Origin: Candidatus Moraniibacteriota bacterium
GTDB lineage: Bacteria > Patescibacteriota > Minisyncoccia > Moranbacterales > UBA1568
Length of the DNA stretch: 64,000 bases
Assembly (NCBI GenBank): GCA_016182385.1
Contig: JACPGV010000002.1
Location: 189,190 to 253,189 of the forward strand
Reading direction: 5' to 3'
Shown: positions 27,422-40,485 of the stretch, in pieces
Layout: each line of letters opens with the position of its first letter
Numbering within the stretch: position 1 is the first letter of the stretch
The notes under the pieces: generated by a model
Told to the model about the DNA's origin: nothing
The model's input: only the letters and a program-made list of their open reading frames with translations
The model's database searches: none
Program-made: the position numbers and the translations under genes

Positions 27422-29107
27422 TTGATGGGTATGCCAAAGGAAGTAGCACAAAAAAACAAAGGAACATTACAAAGAGCTGATGATATATCAGCTCTTTCGG
27501 CGCGTGCCAAAAGCCTTGGTATTTCTTTGCTTTCCGAAGCGCCAGCAGAAATAGACAAAACGCTTTTTTCTATTATTTCCGAGGATATGGCCAAGCGGTA
27601 TGGTATGGTGCCATTTCGTAGGGTGGATAACGTCTTGTCTATTGCGATGATAAATCCGCAAGATTTTGAAGCATTGAATGCTCTGAGATTTCTTGCCGAA
27701 AAGGAACGGTTAACTATTGATATTTATCTTGTTTCAGAAAAAGTTTTTTTGGATATAGTGAAGCATTATACGGGAACAGATACCGTTTTAAAAGAGGCTA
27801 TTTTTTCTTTGAAAAAAGATTCTGAAGAAGTTACTGAAGTAAAAGAAAAAAAGAGAAGCACGGAAACCGATATTTTTCAGGATGCGCCAATAGCAAAATT
27901 GGTGGAAGTGGTGATCAAACATGCTCTCGATGGACGAGCGAGTGATATTCATATCGAACCGATTGAAGAGAGTTTTCGAGTACGTTTTCGTGTAGATGGT
28001 ATTTTGCGTTCGCAGCTCGTATTTCCGCTTGAGGTGGGGAGGGCCGTTATCTCCCGTATAAAAATTCTTTCTAATTTGAAAATTGATGAAAAGCGTAAAC
28101 CGCAGGACGGGCGTTTCCGTTTTGAAATGGAAAGCGGAAAGTCAGTGGACTTGCGTGTTTCCAGTCTGCCGGTTATTGATGGTGAGAAAATCGTCATGCG
28201 TGTTTTGGACAAAACTTCGAATACTATTGATTTGGAAAAACTAGGATTGTGGGGGCATAATCGTGAAATTTTAGAGAGTCGTATCAGACAACCATTTGGT
28301 ATTATTCTTATTACCGGCCCGACCGGTTCGGGAAAATCAACGACACTGTATTCTTTTTTGCAAATTTTGAATAAAGAAGAACGTAATATTATTACGCTTG
28401 AAGACCCGGTGGAATATTATGTGGAAGGTGTCAATCAAAGTCAGGTAAAACCGGAGATAGGGTATACATTCGCCAGTGGTTTGCGGTCTATTTTGCGTCA
28501 AGATCCGAACGTTATTATGGTAGGAGAGATTCGTGATAGTGAGACAGCCGAACTCGCCATTCACGCGGCGCTCACGGGGCATCTTGTGCTTTCCACGCTC
28601 CATACTAATAGCGCTATTGGGGCTATTCCGCGCTTGATTGATATGAACGTAGAGCCCTTTCTTTTGGCGTCGTCTTTTCAGGCAGTGGCGGCACAGCGTT
28701 TGGTTCGTTGTATTTGTGAAAACTGTCGGGAAGAATTCGTTTTGACTGAAGGGCAGCAATCATCTATTCGTGGGCTCTTTGAAAGTATTCCCGATCAAGA
28801 GAAAAAGGCATACAATTTGTCATCTTCGCAACCGATGAAATTTTATCAAGGAAAGGGCTGTGAAAAGTGTGGTCAATCTGGATTTCGTGGACGCATCGCT
28901 CTTTATGAAGCATTGGAAATCAGCGAAGAAATTCGCGCTATTATTACTGATAAACGAGGAAATGAAGTGGAAGTAAAAGAAGCGGCTTTGCGCCAAGGAA
29001 TGATGAGCATGAAGCAAGACGGTATTCTCAAAGCGCTTAAGGGTATTACGACTCTTTCTGAGATTGAACGTGTAACGGAAGGAAAGGTTCTTACTGATGA
29101 AGGATAG
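27422..29107 (+). CDS. pilB: Type IV pilus assembly ATPase (GspE/PilB)
   Basis: ASDIHIEP, GPTGSGKST, LRQDPNVIMVGEIRD, Zn-binding CxxC. Confidence 0.94.
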   Translation: MMGMPKEVAQKNKGTLQRADDISALSARAKSLGISLLSEAPAEIDKTLFSIISEDMAKRYGMVPFRRVDNVLSIAMINPQDFEALNALRFLAEKERLTIDIYLVSEKVFLDIVKHYTGTDTVLKEAIFSLKKDSEEVTEVKEKKRSTETDIFQDAPIAKLVEVVIKHALDGRASDIHIEPIEESFRVRFRVDGILRSQLVFPLEVGRAVISRIKILSNLKIDEKRKPQDGRFRFEMESGKSVDLRVSSLPVIDGEKIVMRVLDKTSNTIDLEKLGLWGHNREILESRIRQPFGIILITGPTGSGKSTTLYSFLQILNKEERNIITLEDPVEYYVEGVNQSQVKPEIGYTFASGLRSILRQDPNVIMVGEIRDSETAELAIHAALTGHLVLSTLHTNSAIGAIPRLIDMNVEPFLLASSFQAVAAQRLVRCICENCREEFVLTEGQQSSIRGLFESIPDQEKKAYNLSSSQPMKFYQGKGCEKCGQSGFRGRIALYEALEISEEIRAIITDKRGNEVEVKEAALRQGMMSMKQDGILKALKGITTLSEIERVTEGKVLTDEG

Positions 29108-29158
29108 GATTTTTGTGATATACTGATAACAAAGAGCATCATATAAAATACAAAAAAA

Positions 29159-30238
29159 ATGGAGGTACTGCACGCTGAACAACGTTTAAAAAATCTTCTT
29201 CTTTTGGTCGGGCAACAAGGTGCCTCCGATCTTCATTTGGTGGTGGGGAGGTATCCGACGCTTCGTATTGATGGAAAACTACATCCTATTACTCAGGAGA
29301 AACTTTTGACACCGGCAGACACAAAGGCGCTTTCTGACGCGCTTCTTACGGAAGATAAGAAGCAGGAGCTCATAGCTGTTGGTCATGCCGATTTTTCTTA
29401 TAACTTTGAAGATCGAGTTCGTTTTCGTACCAATGTTTTTTTTCAGAAAGGATATGTCAGTGTCACGATGCGTTTCGTAATGGATCGTTTGCGTAATTTG
29501 GATGAACTCTCTATTCCCAACTCGCTGTACGGGTTTGCTAATTATTCTCAAGGATTGGTGCTTATTACCGGTCCCGTTGGTCATGGAAAGTCGACGACGC
29601 TTGCGGCAATTATTGATTACATCAATCATAATTTGGAAAAACACATTATTACTATTGAGGATCCGATTGAGTTTATTTATAATCAAGATCGTTGTATTAT
29701 CAATCAACGTGAGATTGGTCGTGATGCCAAGAATTTTCCTGACGCGCTTCGGGCGGTGTTTCGCGAAGATGCAAACGTTGTACTTCTGGGAGAGCTTCGC
29801 GATTTGGAAACGATTAGTACCGCTATGACGGCCGCCGAGACAGGACATCTTATTTTTGCCACACTCCATACCAACGATAGCGCTCAAACTATTGACCGTA
29901 TTATTGATGTTTTTCCGGCACACCAGCAAAATCAGATTCGTTCACAATTGGCGAGCGTTCTTTTGGGGGTTATTTCACAACGTTTACTTCCGAAGACTGG
30001 TGGTGGACGAGTACCAGCGGTGGAGATTATGTTTAAGAATCATGCAGTGGAGAATCTTATTCGTGAAAATAAGATTCATCAGCTTGATTCTGTTATTGAG
30101 ACCGGCATGAAAGAGGGGATGATTTCTCTGGATAGATCACTGGTTGATTTGGTTCGTAGAGGACAAATTTCCGTCAATGATGCTTTTGTATACGCGAAAA
30201 ATCGTGATTATTTGCAAATGCTCATGAGTAAGACTTAA
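29159..30238 (+). CDS. pilT: Twitching/retraction ATPase PilT
   Basis: ASDLHL, GPVGHGKST, EDPIE, AAETGHL, NLIRE. Confidence 0.94.
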   Translation: MEVLHAEQRLKNLLLLVGQQGASDLHLVVGRYPTLRIDGKLHPITQEKLLTPADTKALSDALLTEDKKQELIAVGHADFSYNFEDRVRFRTNVFFQKGYVSVTMRFVMDRLRNLDELSIPNSLYGFANYSQGLVLITGPVGHGKSTTLAAIIDYINHNLEKHIITIEDPIEFIYNQDRCIINQREIGRDAKNFPDALRAVFREDANVVLLGELRDLETISTAMTAAETGHLIFATLHTNDSAQTIDRIIDVFPAHQQNQIRSQLASVLLGVISQRLLPKTGGGRVPAVEIMFKNHAVENLIRENKIHQLDSVIETGMKEGMISLDRSLVDLVRRGQISVNDAFVYAKNRDYLQMLMSKT

Positions 30239-30279
30239 AAGGGGATTTGAAAGAGAAGTAATATTTGATTGGAAGAAGT

Positions 30280-31488
30280 ATGAAATTTTTATTTAAAGCG
30301 AAAAATAATGCTGGTCAAGAACAGGAAGGCTTGGTGGAAGCGCTTCATTGGGAGGCGGCGGTACAGATCCTTGAGCGAAATGGTTTGACTCCCATTACCG
30401 TAAAAGAGCAACGAAATGAAAATGCTCTTGTTCGAGAGCTTCAAAGAATTTTTGAAGGTGTTGGTCAGAAGGATCTCATGATATTTTTTCATCAATTGGC
30501 GATTCTTATCGAAGCGCGTATGCCTATCGTGACGTCGCTTCGTACTATTGCCGATGATACGGAAAACAAGTATTTAGGTCTTGTTATAAGAGAAATGTCT
30601 GATGATATAGAAGACGGTATGCCGTTTTCCGAAGCTATCGAAAAACATTCGAACGTTTTTTCCTCTCTCACAATTAGCATGATTCGTGCCGGTGAAATAT
30701 CAGGCGGTTTACAGAAATCAATCGGTTTTGTGGCGGAAAGTATCGAGAAAAATTATCAGTTAACGAGCAAGATCAAAGGGGCGCTTTACTATCCTGTTTT
30801 TGTTTTGACCATCGCTTCCATTGTTGGATTTTTGGTGGTTACTTTTATTTTGCCAAAAATTACAGTCATTATCAAAGACATGAATATTCCTATTCCCTGG
30901 TATACGAAAGGACTTATTTTTTTGGGAGATTTTATGAGTGTGTATTGGTGGGCGGTGCTTCTCGTGTTTTTTTCCTTTTTTGGACTTATTATTTATTATT
31001 TTCGTACTGAAGAAGGGCGTCAGGAGTGGGAGATTATAGTATTGAAAATTCCTGTTCTTGGTGGTTTGGCGCGAAGTATTTACATCACTCGTTTTGCAGA
31101 GAATTTAAGTACGCTTTTGATAAGTGGGATTCCGGTAGTACGAGCGCTTACCATAGTGAGTGATGTTATCAACAATCATATTTTTCGCAAGATTATTTTG
31201 CGCGCGGCTGAAGAGGTAAAGTCAGGTGGTGTAATGAGCGCTGTGTTTTTGCGCGCGAATGAAATGCCGCCGATTGTTTCTCAAATTGTTCGTATCGGTG
31301 AAGAAACGGGAACACTTTCGGAGGTTTTGAAAAGTGTAGCGCGTTTTTATAATCAAGAAGTAGAAACAACGACAAAAAACTTGACGACACTTTTGGAACC
31401 AGCTCTTATTGTTCTCTTGGGTATTGGCGTGGCGATTTTGGTTGTGGGGATACTCATGCCTATTTACAATATTGCCGGGCAATTGTAA
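30280..31488 (+). CDS. pilC: Type IV pilus platform protein PilC
   Basis: GspF repeats, AGEISG, GEETG, LEP. Confidence 0.93.
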   Translation: MKFLFKAKNNAGQEQEGLVEALHWEAAVQILERNGLTPITVKEQRNENALVRELQRIFEGVGQKDLMIFFHQLAILIEARMPIVTSLRTIADDTENKYLGLVIREMSDDIEDGMPFSEAIEKHSNVFSSLTISMIRAGEISGGLQKSIGFVAESIEKNYQLTSKIKGALYYPVFVLTIASIVGFLVVTFILPKITVIIKDMNIPIPWYTKGLIFLGDFMSVYWWAVLLVFFSFFGLIIYYFRTEEGRQEWEIIVLKIPVLGGLARSIYITRFAENLSTLLISGIPVVRALTIVSDVINNHIFRKIILRAAEEVKSGGVMSAVFLRANEMPPIVSQIVRIGEETGTLSEVLKSVARFYNQEVETTTKNLTTLLEPALIVLLGIGVAILVVGILMPIYNIAGQL

Positions 31489-31564
31489 AATAAAGATGTG
31501 TTTTGGATGTTTTCCAAGATGCACGGAAAGAAATAAAAATAAAAACAGAAAGGAGGTGAGAAGT

Positions 31565-31957
31565 ATGAAAAAAACTCTTCAGGGATTTACTCTCATCGAA
31601 CTTTTGATCGTTATTGCGATCATTGGTATTTTGGCCTCTATCGTGTTAGTGAGCTTAAACAGTGCCCGTACGCGCGCTAACTATGCCGCGTTCAAGGCGA
31701 GTATGCAATCGACAGCCCCAGCCGCTCTCACCTGTCGTGATGCAGGGGGAACAGTAACCGCCGGTGCGGCAGCAGCAGAAATTTGTTCTATTGCTGGATA
31801 TGGTACATGGCCGACATTGCCAACTGGTTGTACTAACGCTGGAAACTACACAGTAGCTAACGGTGGTGCGGATACATGGACTGTTGGTAATACTTGTATT
31901 ACTGGTTCTTGTACAGCATCTTGTTCAGCTACCGGTTGTACATGGACTGGATGTTAG
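31565..31957 (+). CDS. Type IV pilin (likely major pilin)
   Basis: Strong AGGAGG RBS; [19 protein letters not shown]; Cys-rich C-terminus. Confidence 0.92.
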   Translation: MKKTLQGFTLIELLIVIAIIGILASIVLVSLNSARTRANYAAFKASMQSTAPAALTCRDAGGTVTAGAAAAEICSIAGYGTWPTLPTGCTNAGNYTVANGGADTWTVGNTCITGSCTASCSATGCTWTGC

Positions 31958-32012
31958 AGACAAAGTTGCAGATTTCTTTTCCTGCCGATTTTTATCGGCG
32001 GGAAGTTGAAGT

Positions 32013-32444
32013 GTGAAACAGATGAACTATAAAAAAAATTATCTCTCATTAAAGAGGCGTGGATTTACTTTAATTGAGCTCCTTATCGTTATTGCTATCA
32101 TTGGTATTCTGGTTTCGGTAGTAATGGTGAGTTTGAGTTCGGCACGTACAAGGGCCCGGGATGGGTCTTTTAAGATGACCGCACGAAGTATTTTTGGTGC
32201 GTCAACAATTTGCTGTGATCAGTATACGGGAAGCCTTAATGTTACTTTGAGTGCCGATGTTTGTACGCCGGCAGTGGAGAGTCTTTATCCTGATGCTACC
32301 AAAATAGGAACGGTTACCATTGATCAGGATTGTGCCGGTGACGGGTCATTTCAAATGACGATAACACCAGGAACGGAAAATACTGGTAATTGTACTGATG
32401 CCGTATTAAATCAAAATGGTGTTGTTAGCTTTGGTGGTTGTTAG
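32013..32444 (+). CDS. Type IV pilin
   Basis: [18 protein letters not shown] prepilin motif. Confidence 0.9.
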   Translation: MKQMNYKKNYLSLKRRGFTLIELLIVIAIIGILVSVVMVSLSSARTRARDGSFKMTARSIFGASTICCDQYTGSLNVTLSADVCTPAVESLYPDATKIGTVTIDQDCAGDGSFQMTITPGTENTGNCTDAVLNQNGVVSFGGC

Positions 32445-33268
32445 ACAAAAAAACACTTGATATGATTCTTTCTTTTTCTTTTTTCTTGCTCGGTATTATT
32501 ATTGGGAGTTTTTTGAACGTGCTCGTATGTCGTCTCCACGAAGAAGAAACGCTTTTGGGACGATCATTTTGTCGAGTATGTAAACATCAGATACGTTGGT
32601 ATGATAATATTCCGCTGGTAAGTTTTATTTTTTTGAAAGGAAAATGTCGAGATTGTAAAGGAGGAATCTCTTGGCAATATCCGATACTTGAGTTTTTTAG
32701 TGGCGTTTTTTTTCTTTTAGTAGGGAAGTATTTTTTTTCTTTTGAAGAGAATTTTTCGTGGGGAGAAACTTCCTGGCTTCTTTTTGTCGGGAGCATTTTT
32801 CTTGTTATTGCGGCATATGATATGCGTCATATGGAGATTCCTCTCGTTCTTCTTCTCATTGCTTTTATTGCTACCGGAATCTTTTTGATTTTTTGTTTAT
32901 TGTTTACCACCGAATCATTTTTTGTTTCTCGTCTTTGGCAGAGTTTGTTGGGCGGGACAATAGTAGCTTCTTTTTTCTTTTTTCTTGTTTTTGTATCACG
33001 GGAAACGTGGATGGGCTGGGGGGATGTTTGGTTGGGCATGGTAGGGGGCATGGTGGTTGGCTTGCCATTGGCGCTTCCGATGCTCACGCTCTCTTTCGGT
33101 TCTGGCGCCCTGGTTGGTATTTTTGCTCTGTTGTATAAAAAGAAAGATTTACGCAGTCAGATACCTTTTGCCCCCTTTCTTGTTTTTGGTATTTTGTCTG
33201 TTCTTTTTTTGGCGCGCGCGTTCCCTTTCTTCTTTGATTTCTTCTTCCCGTATTTTTTGGTAGAATAA
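32438..33268 (+). CDS. pilD: Prepilin peptidase
   Basis: GSFLNV, RSFC..C, WYDNIP, MGWGD and IPFAPFL motifs. Confidence 0.93.
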   Translation: MLDKKTLDMILSFSFFLLGIIIGSFLNVLVCRLHEEETLLGRSFCRVCKHQIRWYDNIPLVSFIFLKGKCRDCKGGISWQYPILEFFSGVFFLLVGKYFFSFEENFSWGETSWLLFVGSIFLVIAAYDMRHMEIPLVLLLIAFIATGIFLIFCLLFTTESFFVSRLWQSLLGGTIVASFFFFLVFVSRETWMGWGDVWLGMVGGMVVGLPLALPMLTLSFGSGALVGIFALLYKKKDLRSQIPFAPFLVFGILSVLFLARAFPFFFDFFFPYFLVE

Positions 33269-33289
33269 AGAGAGAGTATACAATACTTT

Positions 33290-33841
33290 ATGATGTTTTC
33301 GAAAACAAAAAAAGGCGTAACAATGGTAGAAATTATGATTGTTGTTGCTATCATCAGTATCGTAACGACGATTTCCATTTCTCTTCTTGGCAATGGCCGT
33401 ACATTGAGAGAGCTTGAAACAAATGCTCGTGAATTTGCCGGTGTTGTGCGAGAAGCACAAAATTATGCTTTGACCGGGAAAGCGGTCACGGGAAGCGGCA
33501 TCCCCGCAACGGCTGTGCCATGTTTTTATGTTCTGAGCTGGTCTGGTAGCACGTATACGCTGACACATGTTTATAAAAATAGTGTGAGCGTGCCTTGTGA
33601 TATTGGCGGTCCATCCGCTTCGGTAGGAGTGTACACTCTCAAAAATGGCGTAACGTTTAACAGTGCCAGCTCTTTTTATTTTTCCTTACCGCACGCAAAG
33701 TTGTCTTTTAATAGTGGGAGCGTGGCAGCCCCTTTGGGAAAAGGAGGATTTTCTCACACGGTGTGCGTGTATGCTACCGATTCGGCAAGTGTTTTGGTAA
33801 ATGATTACCCCAGTACAGCGGTGTGTCCGGTGACACCGTAA
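33290..33841 (+). CDS. Minor pilin (FimT/FimU-like)
   Basis: KG/VTMVE prepilin motif. Confidence 0.8.
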   Translation: MMFSKTKKGVTMVEIMIVVAIISIVTTISISLLGNGRTLRELETNAREFAGVVREAQNYALTGKAVTGSGIPATAVPCFYVLSWSGSTYTLTHVYKNSVSVPCDIGGPSASVGVYTLKNGVTFNSASSFYFSLPHAKLSFNSGSVAAPLGKGGFSHTVCVYATDSASVLVNDYPSTAVCPVTP

Positions 33842-33848
33842 ACGTATT

Positions 33849-34400
33849 ATGAAAATGCAAAAATATATTCAGAAAGGTTTTTCTTTAGGCGAGGTACTTC
33901 TCTCCGGTTTTGTGTTGACGACTGGTTTGGTGGCGGTTGCCGCACTTATTTCGAGTAGTATGCAGGAATCTTTTCGGAGTCGGGATGTTATTGCTGCCAC
34001 GCAGTTGTCTCAGGAAGGAGTGGAACTTGTGCGAAACGTGCGGGACAATAATTTTGCTTCCGGAGGAAATGGTTTTGGAGTTGGTTTTAGCACAAATCAT
34101 CACTGTCGGGTTGATTATAGTCCGACAGCTTTTAGTTGTGGTAATCAAGACCCGACCAACAATAGTTCTCGGTATACGTTGCAATATGTAAGCGGATTTT
34201 ATCGTCATAATAATACTTCGGGTGAGAAATTCTCTCGTTACATTTACGTTGACTTTAATGGGAGTGATGCCGCTACAGTGAAAAGTTTTGTGTATTGGGG
34301 AAGCGCGTCGCCTTCGGGTATCGATAGTGGTACCACGACGAATTGCGTTACTTCCAATAAATGCGTATACACGGAAGTATCTTTGACTTCTTGGCTATAA
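33849..34400 (+). CDS. Minor pilin (PilV-like)
   Basis: KG/FSLGE motif and QEGVELVRNVRD. Confidence 0.8.
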   Translation: MKMQKYIQKGFSLGEVLLSGFVLTTGLVAVAALISSSMQESFRSRDVIAATQLSQEGVELVRNVRDNNFASGGNGFGVGFSTNHHCRVDYSPTAFSCGNQDPTNNSSRYTLQYVSGFYRHNNTSGEKFSRYIYVDFNGSDAATVKSFVYWGSASPSGIDSGTTTNCVTSNKCVYTEVSLTSWL

Positions 34401-34407
34401 GATTTTT

Positions 34408-34947
34408 ATGAAAATGAAAAAAGGTTTTACATTGGTGGAGGTAACGGTGGCGCTGGCTGTTTTTACTATTCTTATGTCGGCGGTTGCTGGTATTTTTTCT
34501 TCAGCCTTTTCCGGTTATCGTTTTGCGCGTGGCACACAGAAAGATCTTGAAGCGGCGCAATTTGCCATAAATACGCTTGCCAAGGAATTGCGTACCAGCA
34601 CTATTGTTGCTAGTAGCGCCAGTCACGTGAAATTCTTTGATTATTCACGAGGGAAATGCGTGCGGTACGAATTTGTTGGCAGTGGTTTGTATACCAGGCA
34701 GATGACATCGCCTGATGTTACCACTTGCGCGGCTACGGGTATTCCTTCGGCATCGACGATGGTTGTGACGACAGGTACCGTATCGGGGAGTTTCTCTGTA
34801 GTGATGTCGACACAATCCCCGAAAGGTATTGGAAAGGTGACTGTCTCTATGGATATTTGTGATCATGATTGTGGTAATCCGACGGCTCATCACGCTCGTA
34901 TTCAGAGCACTTCTTCATTGCGTGATTACGAATATGTCGGTTTGTAG
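34408..34947 (+). CDS. Minor pilin (PilW-like)
   Basis: KG/FTLVE prepilin motif. Confidence 0.8.
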   Translation: MKMKKGFTLVEVTVALAVFTILMSAVAGIFSSAFSGYRFARGTQKDLEAAQFAINTLAKELRTSTIVASSASHVKFFDYSRGKCVRYEFVGSGLYTRQMTSPDVTTCAATGIPSASTMVVTTGTVSGSFSVVMSTQSPKGIGKVTVSMDICDHDCGNPTAHHARIQSTSSLRDYEYVGL

Positions 34948-35031
34948 GGGAAGAAAAAATTATTGAGGTTTTTGTGAAATTTGTTGCTAAAACAAATTTC
35001 TTTTATTGTAGGAAAACATGCGGTATAATAG

Positions 35032-37188
<2,157 letters not shown>

Positions 37189-37191
37189 AGT

Positions 37192-37479
37192 ATGCTTTCT
37201 CAAGATGAGGTAAAACATATTGCTTTGCTTGCTCGTGTCGGCGTAAGGGATGAAGAAGTCGAGAAATATCAAAAGGATCTTTCGGCGGTTTTGGATTTTT
37301 TTCGAGAACTTGAAGAGCTTGATACGGAGAATGTCGCGCTGATTGACCACAGCGCTGAAGCAACGAACGTTGCTCGCACGGACATGATGGCAAACGATAC
37401 AAAGGTTACGAAAGAGGCTCTTCTTTCCAATGTTCCGGAGACACGAAATGGTTTTGTGAAGGTAAAGTCTGTTTTTTGA
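37192..37479 (+). CDS. gatC: Asp/Glu-tRNA amidotransferase subunit C
   Basis: EVKHIALLAR; precedes gatA. Confidence 0.9.
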   Translation: MLSQDEVKHIALLARVGVRDEEVEKYQKDLSAVLDFFRELEELDTENVALIDHSAEATNVARTDMMANDTKVTKEALLSNVPETRNGFVKVKSVF

Positions 37480-37493
37480 TTTCAGATGTTTTT

Positions 37494-38954
37494 ATGATTC
37501 GAGAATTACATCAAAAATTAGTGACCGGTGAAACAACGGCAACGGCTCTTGCGGAAGAATATTTGCGACGTATAGAAGAGAACGACGGATCCATTGGCGC
37601 TTATTTGACAGTGATGCGTGAGGATGCCCTTTCGAATGCTCGTCTTGTTGATGAACAGTTGAAACGTGGTGAAACCATTGATATACTTGCCGGAATTCCG
37701 GGGGCGCTTAAGGATAATATTTGTGTGGCGGGTGTGCGCGCCACCGCGGGTTCGAAGATCCTTGACAATTATATCGCGCCGTATGATGCGACCGTCGTGG
37801 AAAAATTACGCGCTTTACGAGGAACGATACTCGGGAAAACGAATATGGATGAATTTGCGATGGGATCATCCACGGAATCGAGCGCTTATCAGAAAACAAA
37901 GAATCCTTTTGATGGAGAGCGGGTACCAGGTGGATCTTCCGGTGGATCGGCAGCGGCGGTGGCTGCTTTGGAGGCCGTGTGGGCTCTCGGATCAGATACC
38001 GGAGGGTCGATTAGGCAGCCAGCGGCATTTTGTGGATTGGTTGGACTGAAACCGACGTATGGACGCGTATCGCGCTATGGGTTGATGGCGATGGCGTCAA
38101 GTTTGGATCAGATTGGTCCTTTCGGAACTAGCGTAGAAGATGTGGCGATTGTTTTTTCGCGTATTGCTGGGCATGACACGATGGATGCGACGACGGCTGA
38201 AGGTGGTTTCGGTAAACGGTTTGAAGAATATTTGACTGGTGATATCAGGGGAGTAAAAATTGGTGTGCCAAAAGAATATTTTTCTGAAAATCTTGATTCT
38301 CAAGTACGCGACTTTGCCAATGAGGCTCTCAAGCGTTTTCAAGAACTTGGCGCGGAAGTGGTGGAGATTTCCTTACCACATAGTCGATACGCGCTTCCTG
38401 TGTATTATATTTTGATGCCTGCGGAGGTAAGCTCCAATTTGGCGCGCTTTGATGGTATCAAATATGGTTTGCGAATAAATGACGATAAGGACTCTCTTTC
38501 TCAAACAAACTCTCTTTTGGAAACGTATCTCGATACGCGAAGAATCGGTTTTGGTAATGAGGTGAAGCGACGAATTATGCTTGGGACCTACGCGCTTTCG
38601 GCGGGATATTATGATGCTTATTATCGCAAGGCGCAGAAGGTGCGAGCGCTTATAAGAAAGGATTTTGAAGAAGCCTTTGAGAAGGTGGATGTTATTTTTT
38701 CACCGACGACACCTGGACCGGCGTTTCGTTTTGGTGAAAAAAGTGAAGACCCTTTGGAGATGTATCTTTCTGACATATATACCGTAACGGCTAACTTAGC
38801 GGGTATACCGGCGATTTCTTTTCCGATAGGAACGATGAAGGAAGGCAGTGCATCATTGCCGCTTGGTGGACAGCTTCAGGGAAAATGGTTCGACGAAGAG
38901 ACACTTCTTCGCGTAGCAGATGCTTATGAGCGTAAAACCGCGAGCGCCGGGTAA
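37494..38954 (+). CDS. gatA: Asp/Glu-tRNA amidotransferase subunit A
   Basis: GKTNMDEFAMGSS, PGGSSGGS, GSDTGGSIRQPA. Confidence 0.97.
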   Translation: MIRELHQKLVTGETTATALAEEYLRRIEENDGSIGAYLTVMREDALSNARLVDEQLKRGETIDILAGIPGALKDNICVAGVRATAGSKILDNYIAPYDATVVEKLRALRGTILGKTNMDEFAMGSSTESSAYQKTKNPFDGERVPGGSSGGSAAAVAALEAVWALGSDTGGSIRQPAAFCGLVGLKPTYGRVSRYGLMAMASSLDQIGPFGTSVEDVAIVFSRIAGHDTMDATTAEGGFGKRFEEYLTGDIRGVKIGVPKEYFSENLDSQVRDFANEALKRFQELGAEVVEISLPHSRYALPVYYILMPAEVSSNLARFDGIKYGLRINDDKDSLSQTNSLLETYLDTRRIGFGNEVKRRIMLGTYALSAGYYDAYYRKAQKVRALIRKDFEEAFEKVDVIFSPTTPGPAFRFGEKSEDPLEMYLSDIYTVTANLAGIPAISFPIGTMKEGSASLPLGGQLQGKWFDEETLLRVADAYERKTASAG

Positions 38955-38973
38955 AGATTTTATTTTTTGAAAT

Positions 38974-39504
38974 ATGAATGTTGATATCTTTTTTCTTCTT
39001 TCAGAGTTTGGCGAGCGGGCTGTTTCGTTTTTTTCAAATTCTTTTTTCATAACAGCGATCAAGTTTTTTCTTTTTGTTTATGTGATGATCCTTCTTGCTG
39101 ATATTGTCATGTTATTTTTATTACGTGGATTTTCTTCTGATTTAAAGCAAGCGTTATTCGCCGCCAATCGACCTCTTTTGTTGCGTTCCACAGTGATTAC
39201 TCGTTGGGAAAAAATACGCACTCGTTTGCACAGCGACAATCCGTCCCAGTATAAAGTAGCTCTTTTGGAAGCGGACGCTTTTGCTGACGAAGTTCTTGCC
39301 GGTATCGGATATATTGGCGCAACGATGGGGGAAAAAATTGAAAATATCGTTGATGGACAATTGGAAACAAAAGCCATGCTTGTGGAAGCGCATCAGATTC
39401 GCAATCGTATAGTGCGTGAACCCGATTTTTCTCCTTCAAAGGAAGAGGTGGAAAAATGGTTGGAGCAGTATAAGAAATTTTTTGATGAATTGGAACTTTT
39501 TTAA
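38974..39504 (+). CDS. Hypothetical membrane-anchored protein
   Basis: N-terminal TM; EAD...AHQIRNRIV motif. Confidence 0.7.
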   Translation: MNVDIFFLLSEFGERAVSFFSNSFFITAIKFFLFVYVMILLADIVMLFLLRGFSSDLKQALFAANRPLLLRSTVITRWEKIRTRLHSDNPSQYKVALLEADAFADEVLAGIGYIGATMGEKIENIVDGQLETKAMLVEAHQIRNRIVREPDFSPSKEEVEKWLEQYKKFFDELELF

Positions 39505-39573
39505 AAGAAGTATCTTTTTGTGAAGAGGGATTGCACATCCATTATTTTTTTTGAGAAAATCATTTTTTATCGA

Positions 39574-39602
39574 TTGACAGAAAAGATATTCCCTGTTATT
39601 AT
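39574..39602 (+). promoter_or_regulatory. Sigma70 promoter of secE-nusG-rplK-rplA
   Basis: TTGACA-17 bp-TATTAT with an extended TG. Confidence 0.7.
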
Positions 39603-39669
39603 CGTTTCATAAAGCCCTCGGGGCTTTTTTTAAGAGGGAAAATTTTTGAGTGTTTACTTTGTTTATTCT

Positions 39670-39855
39670 ATGAACAATCCCTTTTCCTTTTTAACAGAAG
39701 TGAGAGCCGAGCTCACTCGTGTCAATTGGCCTACTCGGAAATTACTGGTCCGTTATACGGTACTGGTTATCGGTATTAGTATCGCGGTAGCTGTTTTTTT
39801 GGGAAGTTTGGATTTTTTGTTTAGTTTTTTGGTAGAAAATTTTCTTTTGAAATAA
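39670..39855 (+). CDS. secE: Preprotein translocase SecE
   Basis: EVRAELTRVNWP plus one TM; upstream of nusG. Confidence 0.92.
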   Translation: MNNPFSFLTEVRAELTRVNWPTRKLLVRYTVLVIGISIAVAVFLGSLDFLFSFLVENFLLK

Positions 39856-39874
39856 TTTTTCCTAACGCATATTT

Positions 39875-40420
39875 ATGGCGAAACAAAGTCAACATCACGG
39901 TCGCGCTTGGTACGTGCTTCATACATATTCCGGTTATGAGGACAATGTGGCAAGAAACCTCAAACAACGTATCGAATCAATGGACATGCAAGAGCTTATT
40001 TTTGATGTGCTTGTACCGAAAGAGAAAAAGATAAAGATCAAGGGCGGTAAACGTGTCGTTGTGGAAGAACGTATTTACCCGGGATATGTACTTGTTGATA
40101 TGATGGTGACGGATGCGTCGTGGTATGTGGTGCGTAATACGCCCAACGTGACTGGTTTTATTGGTCTGGGTACGACGCCGACCCCGATTGATCCGAAAGA
40201 GATCGAGTCACTCAAGAAACGTATGGGCGTGGCCGAACCGAAATATAAAATTGATGTGCACGTGGGTGACGCGGTAAAGATCGTTGATGGCCCGTTCAAA
40301 GAATTTGATGGCAAAGTGCAGGAAGTTGACGAAGAAAAGGGTAAGCTCAAAGTGTTTGTGTCTATTTTTGGACGTGAAACGCCGGTGGAGCTTGATTTTT
40401 TGCAAGTAAAGAAAGTATAA
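39875..40420 (+). CDS. nusG: Transcription termination/antitermination factor NusG
   Basis: WYVLHTYSGYE, PGYVLV, GPF, FGRETPVEL. Confidence 0.98.
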   Translation: MAKQSQHHGRAWYVLHTYSGYEDNVARNLKQRIESMDMQELIFDVLVPKEKKIKIKGGKRVVVEERIYPGYVLVDMMVTDASWYVVRNTPNVTGFIGLGTTPTPIDPKEIESLKKRMGVAEPKYKIDVHVGDAVKIVDGPFKEFDGKVQEVDEEKGKLKVFVSIFGRETPVELDFLQVKKV

Positions 40421-40485
40421 AGGTAAATTTTTCAAATTATCAATTTTCAGATGCGCTTCTCATTTGAATATTGATCACATAATGT

